Source of the DNA: an uncultured Bacteroidales bacterium
Lineage (GTDB): Bacteria; Bacteroidota; Bacteroidia; Bacteroidales; Paludibacteraceae
Assembly (NCBI GenBank): GCA_902780495.1
Contig: CACZFM010000011.1
Location: 65,983 to 129,982 of the forward strand
DNA: 64,000 bases
Direction of reading: 5' to 3'
The translations under genes were made by a program, and so were the position numbers. A model generated the notes under the pieces. It was given only the letters and a program-made list of their open reading frames with translations, made no database searches and was not told where the DNA came from. This document shows positions 18,041-26,121 of the stretch, in pieces; position 1 is the stretch's first letter, and every line of letters begins with the position of its first letter.

Positions 18041-19132
18041 ATGGATTTACACTGCCAATTGATATTGGACGAGTATGATGCCCGTCTTGCGGAGTTTCAA
18101 CGCCTGGAACAAATCGTACAGAAGACGCTGAAAGAGGCACTGGAACGCAATGCGCTGATGGTTACCGCTGTCACCACGCGCATCAAAACAAGGGATAGCT
18201 TGACCAACAAGTTGGAACTGAAGGGCGGAAAATATCGCTCTATGAACGATATAACCGACATTCTTGGCGCGCGCATCATTACCTTCTACACTGATGATGT
18301 GGACCGCATCGCAGCAATGGCGGAACAGATGTTCGAGATTGATTGGGCGAACTCGGTGGACAAACGTCGTCTCCATGATTTGGATAGTTTTGGTTATAAC
18401 TCGCTTCACTATATCTGCCGCTTGCCCAAAAATATCATTGATGTGCCCGAATGTCCGCAGTTGAACCAAATACGGTTTGAATTGCAGTTGCGTACCACCT
18501 TGCAACATGCTTGGGCGTCCATCAACCACGACACCGGTTACAAATCGGACATAGAGATTCCGCGTGAGTATATGCGCCAGATGAACCGCCTTTCCGGTAT
18601 TCTTGAGATGGCGGACGATGAGTTCAGCCGTATTCGTATCGAACTGAACGATTATCGGAGACGGGTGCATAATCTGGTCAAGAACGGTGAGTTGGACAGC
18701 GTGCAACTGGATGGTGATACTTTCCGAAGTTATCTGCTCGCACGGCCGTTCGATTCTTTGAATAAGCGCATTGCCGCCATCAATCAGGCGGAAATTCAGG
18801 AAGTGTCGCTCCTGCCCTATCTGCGTGTTTTCAAGGCGTTTGGCTGCCTCACGTTGGGCGATGTGGACCGTTTGAGAAGAAAGTATGAGGATGAGGCTTA
18901 TTATCTGTCGCGGCACCAATTGGGCAATACCGATATTGATATCCTTTCATCATCTGTAGGAATACAGAATATCTGCATCGTCTGCATCTTGAAGCAGGGA
19001 GGTGGAAGAATAGGACTTGTACGCCTTTTCAATGCGTTGAACGGGCAGAGTCCTCAAAATGAATTGCTGGCGGACATGATGTACAATCAGGCTGCAAGTA
19101 TGCCTTTTATGAATAACGGAAACAAGTTGTAA
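18041..19132 (+). CDS. RelA/SpoT-domain protein (small alarmone synthetase type) with an uncharacterised C-terminal extension of about 180 aa
   Basis: DILGARIITFYTDDV, YNSLHYICRL and ELQLRTTLQHAWASINHD are synthetase-fold motifs. ATG at 18041 is preferred over the TTG at 18014. Confidence 0.85.
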   Translation: MDLHCQLILDEYDARLAEFQRLEQIVQKTLKEALERNALMVTAVTTRIKTRDSLTNKLELKGGKYRSMNDITDILGARIITFYTDDVDRIAAMAEQMFEIDWANSVDKRRLHDLDSFGYNSLHYICRLPKNIIDVPECPQLNQIRFELQLRTTLQHAWASINHDTGYKSDIEIPREYMRQMNRLSGILEMADDEFSRIRIELNDYRRRVHNLVKNGELDSVQLDGDTFRSYLLARPFDSLNKRIAAINQAEIQEVSLLPYLRVFKAFGCLTLGDVDRLRRKYEDEAYYLSRHQLGNTDIDILSSSVGIQNICIVCILKQGGGRIGLVRLFNALNGQSPQNELLADMMYNQAASMPFMNNGNKL

Positions 19133-19140
19133 GAAATACT

Positions 19141-19980
19141 ATGTCACCTGTTCTGATTGATTTGAATGAATACGAACGTACCGGCGAAGGGGCGAACGGT
19201 GCAAGTTATAACCACAAAACTGACAAGGCGGTGATGCTGAAAATGTATCTTCGCAATTTTGAGTCTGCCCAAAAAGAGTTGGAGGTCGCGAAAAAAGTGT
19301 ATGAGGCCGGTATCCCGACGCCCGAACCAGGAGACCTCGTGACGGATGGCGAACGGATGGGAATCCGTTTCCGGAGGATAGAAGGCAAGAAATCTTATTC
19401 GAGGGCTTGTGGTGACAATCCGGAACGGACGGAAGAGTATGCCCGTGAGTTTGCGCAACTCTGCAAACGCCTGCACGCTACTCATGTGGATACAACCAAA
19501 TTCGAAAATGTCAAGAACCGCCTCTATGCCATGTTGAAGGCCAATCCTTTTTTCTCGGACGAAGAGAAACGCAAAATACATGACTTCATCGCCAATGCTC
19601 CGGATGCCGATACGGCTATCCATGGCGATTTGCAGTATAGCAACGGTATCTTTGTGGAGAAAGACGGAAAGCGCACGCCGTATTTCATTGACCTCGGCGA
19701 TTTCTGCTACGGCTATCCTATGTTCGACATCGGAATGGTTTACCTCTGCTGCTGCTTGAACGAAGAGGCGTGGACGTTGGAACAATACCACATGTCTAAT
19801 GCTACGGCCGCACGCTTCTGGGATGCTTTTGCTGCCGAGTATTTCGGACCGGATGCGGATATGCAGCAGGTGATGAAAGAGGTGAAAATCTATGCGGGAC
19901 TCAAAACGCTTATCATTGAGCGGGATACGCATCGGCCGATGCCGCAGTTCCGTGCAATGTTGGAAGGTACTGTTTATTAA
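19141..19980 (+). CDS. APH/choline-kinase-like phosphotransferase family protein
   Basis: Brenner-type catalytic loop HGDLQYSN, followed by FIDLGDF. Confidence 0.8.
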   Translation: MSPVLIDLNEYERTGEGANGASYNHKTDKAVMLKMYLRNFESAQKELEVAKKVYEAGIPTPEPGDLVTDGERMGIRFRRIEGKKSYSRACGDNPERTEEYAREFAQLCKRLHATHVDTTKFENVKNRLYAMLKANPFFSDEEKRKIHDFIANAPDADTAIHGDLQYSNGIFVEKDGKRTPYFIDLGDFCYGYPMFDIGMVYLCCCLNEEAWTLEQYHMSNATAARFWDAFAAEYFGPDADMQQVMKEVKIYAGLKTLIIERDTHRPMPQFRAMLEGTVY

Positions 19981-19995
19981 AACGGAGTAGGGAAG

Positions 19996-20577
19996 ATGGG
20001 AAACAAGTATATGGATAGCACCCTGCTGGACAGGGCAATCGTTTTTGCCGTGGAGGCACATCGTAACACGGAAAGACGCGGAAAGGGATTCCCTTATATC
20101 GTGCATCCGATGGAAGCCGTGGAAATTGTGGCAACCATCACCAATGACCAGGAATTGTTGGCGGCGGCCATCTTGCATGATACCATTGAGGATACGGATG
20201 TCGCGTATGAGCAATTGAAACGCGAGTTCGGTGACAGGATTGCTGATATCGTGTATGCCGAGAGCGACCGCTTTGTAGAAGGTGTCAGCGAGGAGAATAG
20301 TTGGCATGCGCGCAAGCAGGCGGCTATCACTCGTTTGGCGGAAGCACCGCATGATGCCAAAGTCGTGGCTATGGGCGATAAACTCAGCAACATGCGGGCC
20401 ATCGCAAGGGATTATAAAATGAAAGGGGATGCTTTGTGGCAGATTTTCCATGTCACCGACAAAGAATCTCATGCCTGGCACTATCGCGGATTGGCGGACT
20501 CGTTGGCGGAACTGAAGGACACGTTTGCCTATCAGGAGTTCGTCGCCCTGATAGAGCAGGTCTTTGGCAATAGATAG
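19996..20577 (+). CDS. stand-alone HD-domain (p)ppGpp-hydrolase-like protein (small alarmone hydrolase type)
   Basis: YIVHPMEAV...AAILHDTIEDTD is the RelA/SpoT hydrolase HD signature. 193 aa. Confidence 0.85.
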   Translation: MGNKYMDSTLLDRAIVFAVEAHRNTERRGKGFPYIVHPMEAVEIVATITNDQELLAAAILHDTIEDTDVAYEQLKREFGDRIADIVYAESDRFVEGVSEENSWHARKQAAITRLAEAPHDAKVVAMGDKLSNMRAIARDYKMKGDALWQIFHVTDKESHAWHYRGLADSLAELKDTFAYQEFVALIEQVFGNR

Positions 20578-20594
20578 TGGCATATTTTCAATAC

Positions 20595-20660
20595 GTCAAA
20601 GATCACAATAAACAGCGGAGCAATTCCTTTCGCGACTATCACGGGATCATCTTACGAGAA
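20595..20660. repeat. modular intergenic repeat, copy B (M0 gtcaaagatcaca, M1, M3-like)
   Basis: Contains cacaataaacagcgg and cgcgactatcacgggatcatcttacgagaa. Confidence 0.7.
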
Positions 20661-20692
20661 CACCCTAAAGATAAAATCCATTTAGTAGTGCA

Positions 20693-20730
20693 AAAAACGG
20701 AGGCTACCAAATTTTCGCCTCCGGTTTTGG
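20693..20730 (+). terminator. intrinsic terminator candidate after the alarmone module
   Basis: Stem cggaggc (20698-20704) pairs with gcctccg (20717-20723). It is flanked by an A-run upstream and by gttttgg downstream. Confidence 0.6.
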
Positions 20731-20977
20731 TATCAGGATTCCATTTTTGATAAATCATATCCTGCGTAGGTGCTCAAATCCATTATTTCAGTGATGTGGA
20801 AAAAGTCTCGTTTATGCCGTGCGTGTCGGTTTTTGTGCCCATATCGGCGGTGGCCATGATAAATAAAAATTTTAATTCAAAAGAATGCCTCGCCACGCCA
20901 CGCCTTTTAGAGCTTTCGTTGTTTTGCCACGGTGCTTATATATAGGCAAGGCATGGCTGCTTTTTTTTTCTTTATTA

Positions 20978-21068
20978 ATTTTCTTTTGGTTCTTTTCTTT
21001 TATCAGCTTTCTTTTTTGTGTGCTGTGCGGCACTCTAAACGATCTGCTGCGCTGTATGCTTTTTTCGC
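20978..21068. repeat. polypyrimidine-rich repeat, copy 2 of 2
   Basis: attttcttttggttcttttcttttatc...gcggcactctaaacgatctgctgc aligns with 9010-9101. Confidence 0.65.
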
Positions 21069-21128
21069 TCGCTTTTCTTCATCCTTTTTTGCAGATTCCC
21101 TCTAATTTAACAAAAAACTACAAATAAA

Positions 21129-21160
21129 TTTGCGCACTCCAAAATTTTTTACTACCTTTG
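21129..21160 (+). promoter_or_regulatory. Bacteroidetes-type promoter (TTTG, 20 nt, TAccTTTG) driving leader L1
   Basis: tttgcgcactccaaaattttttactacctttg. Confidence 0.7.
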
Positions 21161-21300
21161 CAGTCGGAAATGAAACCTATCGTCCTCTCTCACGGACGTT
21201 AAACGTGAGGGCGCTGGTGCTGACAGCGTAAAAAAGCGGTGACATACTGAATAAAAAGAAGCGTTTGCTTTACTCTTGAAACTGAAAACTTAGGAACTTT
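21161..21300 (+). promoter_or_regulatory. conserved 5' leader RNA motif, copy L1 (hairpins 21181-21198 and 21212-21228, then GTAAAAAAG)
   Basis: Aligns with 54045-54305. The first hairpin, cgtcc/ggacg, is identical in both copies. The second hairpin is cgctg/cagcg here and cactg/cagtg in L2. Confidence 0.6.
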
Positions 21301-21481
21301 TCAATACAATGGTAAGGGCAATGCAATATGTTTCCACGATAGTGGCGTGGAAATCTATCTGCATACTTACCATTACAAGGTTTCCTAAGACCGTCAGTTT
21401 CGGGTGTGTGGCATAGAGTCCCACGCTTTTATTATGCAACCAATCCTTGCCGGGGCTACAAGGAGAAATAAAAAAGATGAA

Positions 21482-22159
21482 ATGAGACGAATTTTCTTTA
21501 TTGTGATGTGTACATTATGTACCACTTGTATCGATGCACAGATTGAGGTTACTAAATTTTTAGGCATTCCTGTTGATGGATCTAAACAACAAATGATTTC
21601 ACAACTTAAGGCAAAAGGATACAAATATGACCCCACATTGGATTATTTGACGGGTGAGTTTAATGGAAGAGATGTTAACATACATATTGCGACCAATAAC
21701 AATAAAGTTTATCGCATAGTGCTTGAAGATGCTTTATACTCTTCAGAAACTGATATAAAAATTAGATTTAATACCCTTTGTCGCCAATTCAAAAACAATG
21801 AAAAGTATTTGAAGCCTTCTTTGAATGAGTATGAAATATCAGAAACAGAAGATATATCATTTGAAATGAGTTGTCATAATAAACGCTATGAAGCGTCATA
21901 TTATCAAGTTACAAATCAATTGGATTCTGTAACAATGACGAATAAACTACAGGAATTTCTTTTCTCCAAGTATGGAAAAGATTTGTCAAATCTGACAGAG
22001 GAACAAAAAATGGACGTTTTAGCATCCTCGTTACTTTTTTATTTGAACCTATATGAGGATAACTCTGTGTGGTTTATGATAAATAGACGCTACGGAAAAT
22101 TTGGAATTCTAATGTATTATGATAATAATCATAATCGTGCTAATGGTGAAGATTTGTAA
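21482..22159 (+). CDS. hypothetical secreted protein or lipoprotein (AT-rich gene)
   Basis: Signal-peptide-like MRRIFFIVMCTLCTTCIDAQ. I recognise no motif. Start moved to the ATG at 21482. Confidence 0.6.
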   Translation: MRRIFFIVMCTLCTTCIDAQIEVTKFLGIPVDGSKQQMISQLKAKGYKYDPTLDYLTGEFNGRDVNIHIATNNNKVYRIVLEDALYSSETDIKIRFNTLCRQFKNNEKYLKPSLNEYEISETEDISFEMSCHNKRYEASYYQVTNQLDSVTMTNKLQEFLFSKYGKDLSNLTEEQKMDVLASSLLFYLNLYEDNSVWFMINRRYGKFGILMYYDNNHNRANGEDL

Positions 22160-22173
22160 TTTGTAATATCACA

Positions 22174-22572
22174 ATGAAAGACAAAAAATCATTTTGGGGC
22201 GGAGTCGCCGTTGGAGTCGTCGGAACAATTCTATTACTTTTTGTGTTGGCCATTGGTCATGAGAAGAATGATGATCTTGTTGGTGCTACTATGTTTGACC
22301 AACCAGGAGAAGTAATTAACGAGCAATCGTTTAAAGTGCTACAGGTTGTTAATGAAAACTCGGCATTAGTATATGGAAAAAAGAATGCTCGCGATAAATA
22401 CTATTCTGGAACATTGTACATGATTCGAAGCAATGAACAAGAATACTATTATGACGAGGAAATAATCCATGTTCCATCAGATAAAATCATCCGTCAAGTA
22501 GGAATTTATCAATATACAAATAAGCTCAACACACAAAAAACGGTACCCATTATAAAGATAATGGATCGATAA
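22174..22572 (+). CDS. hypothetical membrane-anchored protein (AT-rich gene)
   Basis: N-terminal TM segment FWGGVAVGVVGTILLLFVLAIG. 132 aa. Confidence 0.55.
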   Translation: MKDKKSFWGGVAVGVVGTILLLFVLAIGHEKNDDLVGATMFDQPGEVINEQSFKVLQVVNENSALVYGKKNARDKYYSGTLYMIRSNEQEYYYDEEIIHVPSDKIIRQVGIYQYTNKLNTQKTVPIIKIMDR

Positions 22573-22604
22573 TTTGCAAGAACTACAATCCCTAATTTGG
22601 ATAA

Positions 22605-22778
22605 GTCAAAGTTCACATTTCGTGGCCACTTTCAGGCCACTCTCAAGCCACTTTGAAGGATGGGGAATCTGAACTGTAAAACGCGATTATCACGGGACTA
22701 TCTACCAATAAGAAACCAATAACCCACCAATAGTCCTGTGACGGACCAGAGTGGTAACGGAGTGGTAAGGTAGGCGCC
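22605..22778. repeat. modular intergenic repeat, copy C (M0 22605-22617, tandem 22624-22658, M3 22677-22711, M4 22748-22778)
   Basis: taaaacgcgattatcacgggactatctaccaataa and agagtggtaacggagtggtaaggtaggcgcc are near-identical to copy A. Confidence 0.8.
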
Positions 22779-22779
22779 C

Positions 22780-23796
22780 TCAAAAACCAGATGGTATTTT
22801 CGGAAGGATTTGCTCCAAAGCCCGGAGGGTGAGACGAGACAAGGCGTAATCCTGCAAATCGCCCAATCTGACAGCCCGCGTATCCGGCATAAGCGGCAAT
22901 TCTTTAACAGGCTTCAAAACAAATGTGGCGTGGAGCCGCTGATGACTCAAGGTATGCGTGAGCGTGAAACCGTCCTCGAACGGCGTGTCACTTTCCTCAA
23001 TGGGAAATTCCCAGAGATGATGCCAGATGTCTTTCTCCGTCCGTTGGTGAATTAACGTGCGGCAAGAGATAAAATCTCCGTTGGATTTTTCGAGATAGAC
23101 AGTGTATCGGAAATAGCGGTCACGCAGAGCCGGACGGGGTTTGCGGACAGGCAATAAAAGCACTGTGTCGTTTTCAAAGGCTTTGCAGAAAACCTGCAAG
23201 GGACATTGGCTGCAATCGGGCGATTGCGGAGTGCAAAAGAGTGCGCCGAATTCCATGATGGCCGTATTGAAAAGGCGCGGTTGCGAACGGTCCAGCAAAT
23301 CTTCCGCCAACTGACGGAAGGTGTGTTTTCCCTGCGTGGTGTCAAACGGGATGTCGCAATCATACAATCGGCTGAGGACACGGTAAACATTTCCGTCCAG
23401 CGCAGGATGGGGCAGGTTGTAAGCAAATGAAGCGATAGCCCCTGCGGTATATTCCCCGACTCCGGGTATGGTGCGCAGTTCGGCAAACGTGGCGGGAAAA
23501 GGTTTGCCCGCCAAGAGTTGGGCTCCTTTATATAAATTGCGTGCCCGCGAATAGTATCCCAGCCCTTGCCAATAAAGCAAGACTTCGTCTTCTTCCGCTT
23601 CCGCCAATGCTTCGACAGAAGGAAAACGGTTGATGAAACGCAGGTAGTATTCCAATCCTTGTGCGACCCTTGTCTGTTGCAGAATAATTTCCGACACCCA
23701 AATCCTATATGGGTCAGTTGTTTCGCGCCAAGGCAGGATGCGATGATGCTGTTCGTACCAAGCGTATAAGTGCCTATATAAGAGAGGATTATTCAT
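22780..23796 (-). CDS. mutY: A/G-specific adenine DNA glycosylase
   Basis: HhH-GPD region GLGYYSRARNL...IPGVGEYTAGAI, an FeS cluster loop CTPQSPDCSQCPLQVFC, and a C-terminal NUDIX-like domain. Confidence 0.9.
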   Translation of the reverse strand: MNNPLLYRHLYAWYEQHHRILPWRETTDPYRIWVSEIILQQTRVAQGLEYYLRFINRFPSVEALAEAEEDEVLLYWQGLGYYSRARNLYKGAQLLAGKPFPATFAELRTIPGVGEYTAGAIASFAYNLPHPALDGNVYRVLSRLYDCDIPFDTTQGKHTFRQLAEDLLDRSQPRLFNTAIMEFGALFCTPQSPDCSQCPLQVFCKAFENDTVLLLPVRKPRPALRDRYFRYTVYLEKSNGDFISCRTLIHQRTEKDIWHHLWEFPIEESDTPFEDGFTLTHTLSHQRLHATFVLKPVKELPLMPDTRAVRLGDLQDYALSRLTLRALEQILPKIPSGF

Positions 23797-23877
23797 TTCT
23801 TTTGATGTGTTTCACACGGAAAAACGTTGCAAAAGTACAAAAAAAATCTCACATTTTGCATTTTTTTGGAAAAAAAC

Positions 23878-23908
23878 TTGTATAAATCAAATAATTGTAG
23901 TAATTTTG
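23878..23908 (+). promoter_or_regulatory. Bacteroidetes-type promoter (TTG, 20 nt, TAatTTTG) for the HU gene
   Basis: ttgtataaatcaaataattgtagtaattttg. Confidence 0.6.
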
Positions 23909-23956
23909 CAGCGATTTTCGTTTCAAGAAATTGGAAATATATAAAATACAAGTATT

Positions 23957-24232
23957 ATGACAAAAGCTGAATTGGTTAACACAATTGCTATCCAGACAGG
24001 ATACGACCGCAATACGATTATGACAATCGTAGAGGCAATGATGATGAATGTGAAGAAAACCGTATGTGGCGGAGAAGATGTATATCTCCGTGGCTTCGGA
24101 AGTTTCATTACGAAAGTACGCGCTCAGAAAGTAGCTCGTAACATTACGAAAGAGATTTCTATTATTGTTCCGGAGCACAAGATTCCGGCCTTCAAGCCCT
24201 CGAAAGAGTTTATGGCAGCAATGAAGAAATAA
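23957..24232 (+). CDS. hup: HU/IHF-family DNA-binding protein
   Basis: 91 aa. MTKAELVNTIA...YLRGFGSF...PAFKPSKEF matches the HU fold signature. Confidence 0.9.
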   Translation: MTKAELVNTIAIQTGYDRNTIMTIVEAMMMNVKKTVCGGEDVYLRGFGSFITKVRAQKVARNITKEISIIVPEHKIPAFKPSKEFMAAMKK

Positions 24233-24269
24233 GCGTAAATAATTAATATACAAATAAACTCATTAGATT

Positions 24270-24359
24270 ATGCCAAACGGTAAGAAACACAAGAGACATA
24301 AGATGTCGACGCACAAGCGCAAAAAACGCTTGCGTAAGAATCGTCATAAGCATAAGTAA
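24270..24359 (+). CDS. 29-aa very basic protein, probable bS22 (AURKAIP1/COX24-like) small ribosomal protein
   Basis: Not in the ORF track because it is too short. ATG at 24270, TAA at 24357-24359. Sequence MPNGKKHKRHKMSTHKRKKRLRKNRHKHK. Confidence 0.55.
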   Translation: MPNGKKHKRHKMSTHKRKKRLRKNRHKHK

Positions 24360-24403
24360 ATCGCAGCGATAGTCTGCGCGTGCTTTTGGCGCGTTATTTA
24401 ACC

Positions 24404-24459
24404 GGCTTTGTGGCGAAAAACTGTCTTGGGCGCAAGCGGTTGGCTACAAAGCCATTTTT
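24404..24459 (+). terminator. hairpin plus T-run: terminator of the HU/bS22 unit, or a 5'-UTR structure of the RNase G gene
   Basis: ggctttgt (24404-24411) pairs with acaaagcc (24446-24453), followed by atttttatt. Confidence 0.4.
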
Positions 24460-24474
24460 ATTGAAGTACTGAAT

Positions 24475-26085
24475 ATGAAAAGCGAACTAATAGTGGACGT
24501 GCAACCCGATGAGATTGCGATTGCGCTGACCGAAGACGACCGTTTGCAAGAGATGAACCGTGAGAAACGGGACCAGGATAACTTTTCCGTAGGTAACATC
24601 TATTACGGTCGCGTTCGAAAAGTGATGCCGGCGCTGAACGCAGCATTCGTGGATGTAGGTCATGAGAAGGAAGCTTTTCTGCACTATCTGGATTTAGGTT
24701 CAAGTTTTCTGATGCTTCGCCAATATGTGAACCGCGCGGTATCCGATCGCCGCAAAGTTCCTGCGATGGGCAGACAACGCGAGAAAGAAGTAACGAAGGA
24801 AGGCAAGATAGAGGATGTTCTGAAAGTAGGCGACATGATATTGGTGCAGGTGATAAAAGAGCCCATCAATTCGAAAGGTCCCCGTCTGACAGGTGAAATC
24901 AACATAGCCGGCCGCAATATGGTGCTGATTCCATACGCCGACAAGGTGATGGTGAGTCAAAAAATCCGTCGCGAAGCCGAACGCAGCCGTTTGAAACAAC
25001 TTCTCCAGTCCATCAAGCCCGAAGGTTTCGGTATCATCGTTCGAACGGTGGCCGAAGAAAAACGCGTGGCAGAATTGGATAATGAACTTCGTATACTGCT
25101 GAAACGTTGGGAAGATACCATTCACAATCTGCAACACCCAAAAGAGAGCCCGCAAACCAATAAGAAAGATGCTGAAGTGCGCCTTGTGAGCGAAGAATTA
25201 GGCCGCACAATAGGTATCATTCGGGATGTTTTCTCAACCGACTTCACATCTATTCAGGTAAATGACGAATCCATCTACGAAGAGGTACGCCAATACGTGG
25301 AACTGATAGCCCCGGAATATGTGAAGATAGTGAAGCACTACAAGCAAGAACAACCCATCTTTGACAAGTTCGACATCACCCGCCAAATGAAAACAGGTCT
25401 TGGACGGACAGTGGGGTTCAAACATGGCGGATACTTGATAATCGACCGCACGGAAGCGCTCTTTGCAATAGATGTGAACTCCGGTTCGAAGAAGTTGTTC
25501 GAAGATCAGGAACAAAATGCCTTTCAGTTCAATATGCTCGCTGCCGATGAGATTGTTCATCAATTGCGTCTGCGCGATATAGGCGGCATCATCATTGTTG
25601 ATTTCATTGACATGGATGACAAGGATAATCAGCAGAAGTTGTATGAGCATGTGCGTGAACTGATGGAACGTGACCGAGCCAAACATAACGTGCTGCCCCT
25701 TAGCAAATTCGGACTGATGCAAATCACCCGCCAACGCGTGCGCCCCGCGGTGGAAATGGATGTGAGAGAAGTATGTCCGACCTGTAACGGCACCGGCAAA
25801 GTACAACCAACGCTGTTGTTTACAGACCAAGTGGAGGAGCAGATTGAGCAATACGCGCACCGGTATGGTAATTCGTTACGCCTGGAGTTACACCCATTTG
25901 TGTATGCGTATGTTTCCAAAGGTTGGCTGACAAGTTTGAAAGCCAAATGGAGACGCCAATACGGCATCAGAGTGAACGAAAATCAAGCGCTTGGAATGCT
26001 CGAAATGCGTTTCTTGGACAGAGAAGGTAATCGCTTGTCACTGAAACAGGATAGTGAGAAGAGCAATGAAAAAGAGCGGCCCTGA
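24475..26085 (+). CDS. rng: ribonuclease E/G family protein
   Basis: S1 domain GNIYYGRVRKVMPALNAAFVDVG, a catalytic-domain segment FAIDVNSG, and CPTCNGTG near the C-terminus. Confidence 0.9.
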   Translation: MKSELIVDVQPDEIAIALTEDDRLQEMNREKRDQDNFSVGNIYYGRVRKVMPALNAAFVDVGHEKEAFLHYLDLGSSFLMLRQYVNRAVSDRRKVPAMGRQREKEVTKEGKIEDVLKVGDMILVQVIKEPINSKGPRLTGEINIAGRNMVLIPYADKVMVSQKIRREAERSRLKQLLQSIKPEGFGIIVRTVAEEKRVAELDNELRILLKRWEDTIHNLQHPKESPQTNKKDAEVRLVSEELGRTIGIIRDVFSTDFTSIQVNDESIYEEVRQYVELIAPEYVKIVKHYKQEQPIFDKFDITRQMKTGLGRTVGFKHGGYLIIDRTEALFAIDVNSGSKKLFEDQEQNAFQFNMLAADEIVHQLRLRDIGGIIIVDFIDMDDKDNQQKLYEHVRELMERDRAKHNVLPLSKFGLMQITRQRVRPAVEMDVREVCPTCNGTGKVQPTLLFTDQVEEQIEQYAHRYGNSLRLELHPFVYAYVSKGWLTSLKAKWRRQYGIRVNENQALGMLEMRFLDREGNRLSLKQDSEKSNEKERP

Positions 26086-26105
26086 TGAGGTCGCTCTTTC
26101 GTTTT
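26073..26105 (+). terminator. weak intrinsic terminator candidate
   Basis: agagcg (26073-26078) pairs with cgctct (26092-26097), then ttcgtttta. The structure spans the rng stop codon. Confidence 0.35.
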
Positions 26106-26121
26106 ACTGAAATCGTGAGGA

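Noticed and set aside
20885-21127. 80-aa ORF rich in Phe, Leu and Ser.
   Set aside because: It is a translation of the polypyrimidine repeat element and the promoter spacer. It is low-complexity, and the same DNA recurs non-coding at 9010-9101.
21212-21236. Leader hairpin 2 read as a rho-independent terminator.
   Set aside because: The stem is followed by A6 on the plus strand and preceded by T6 on the minus strand. Neither orientation gives a hairpin followed by a U-tract.
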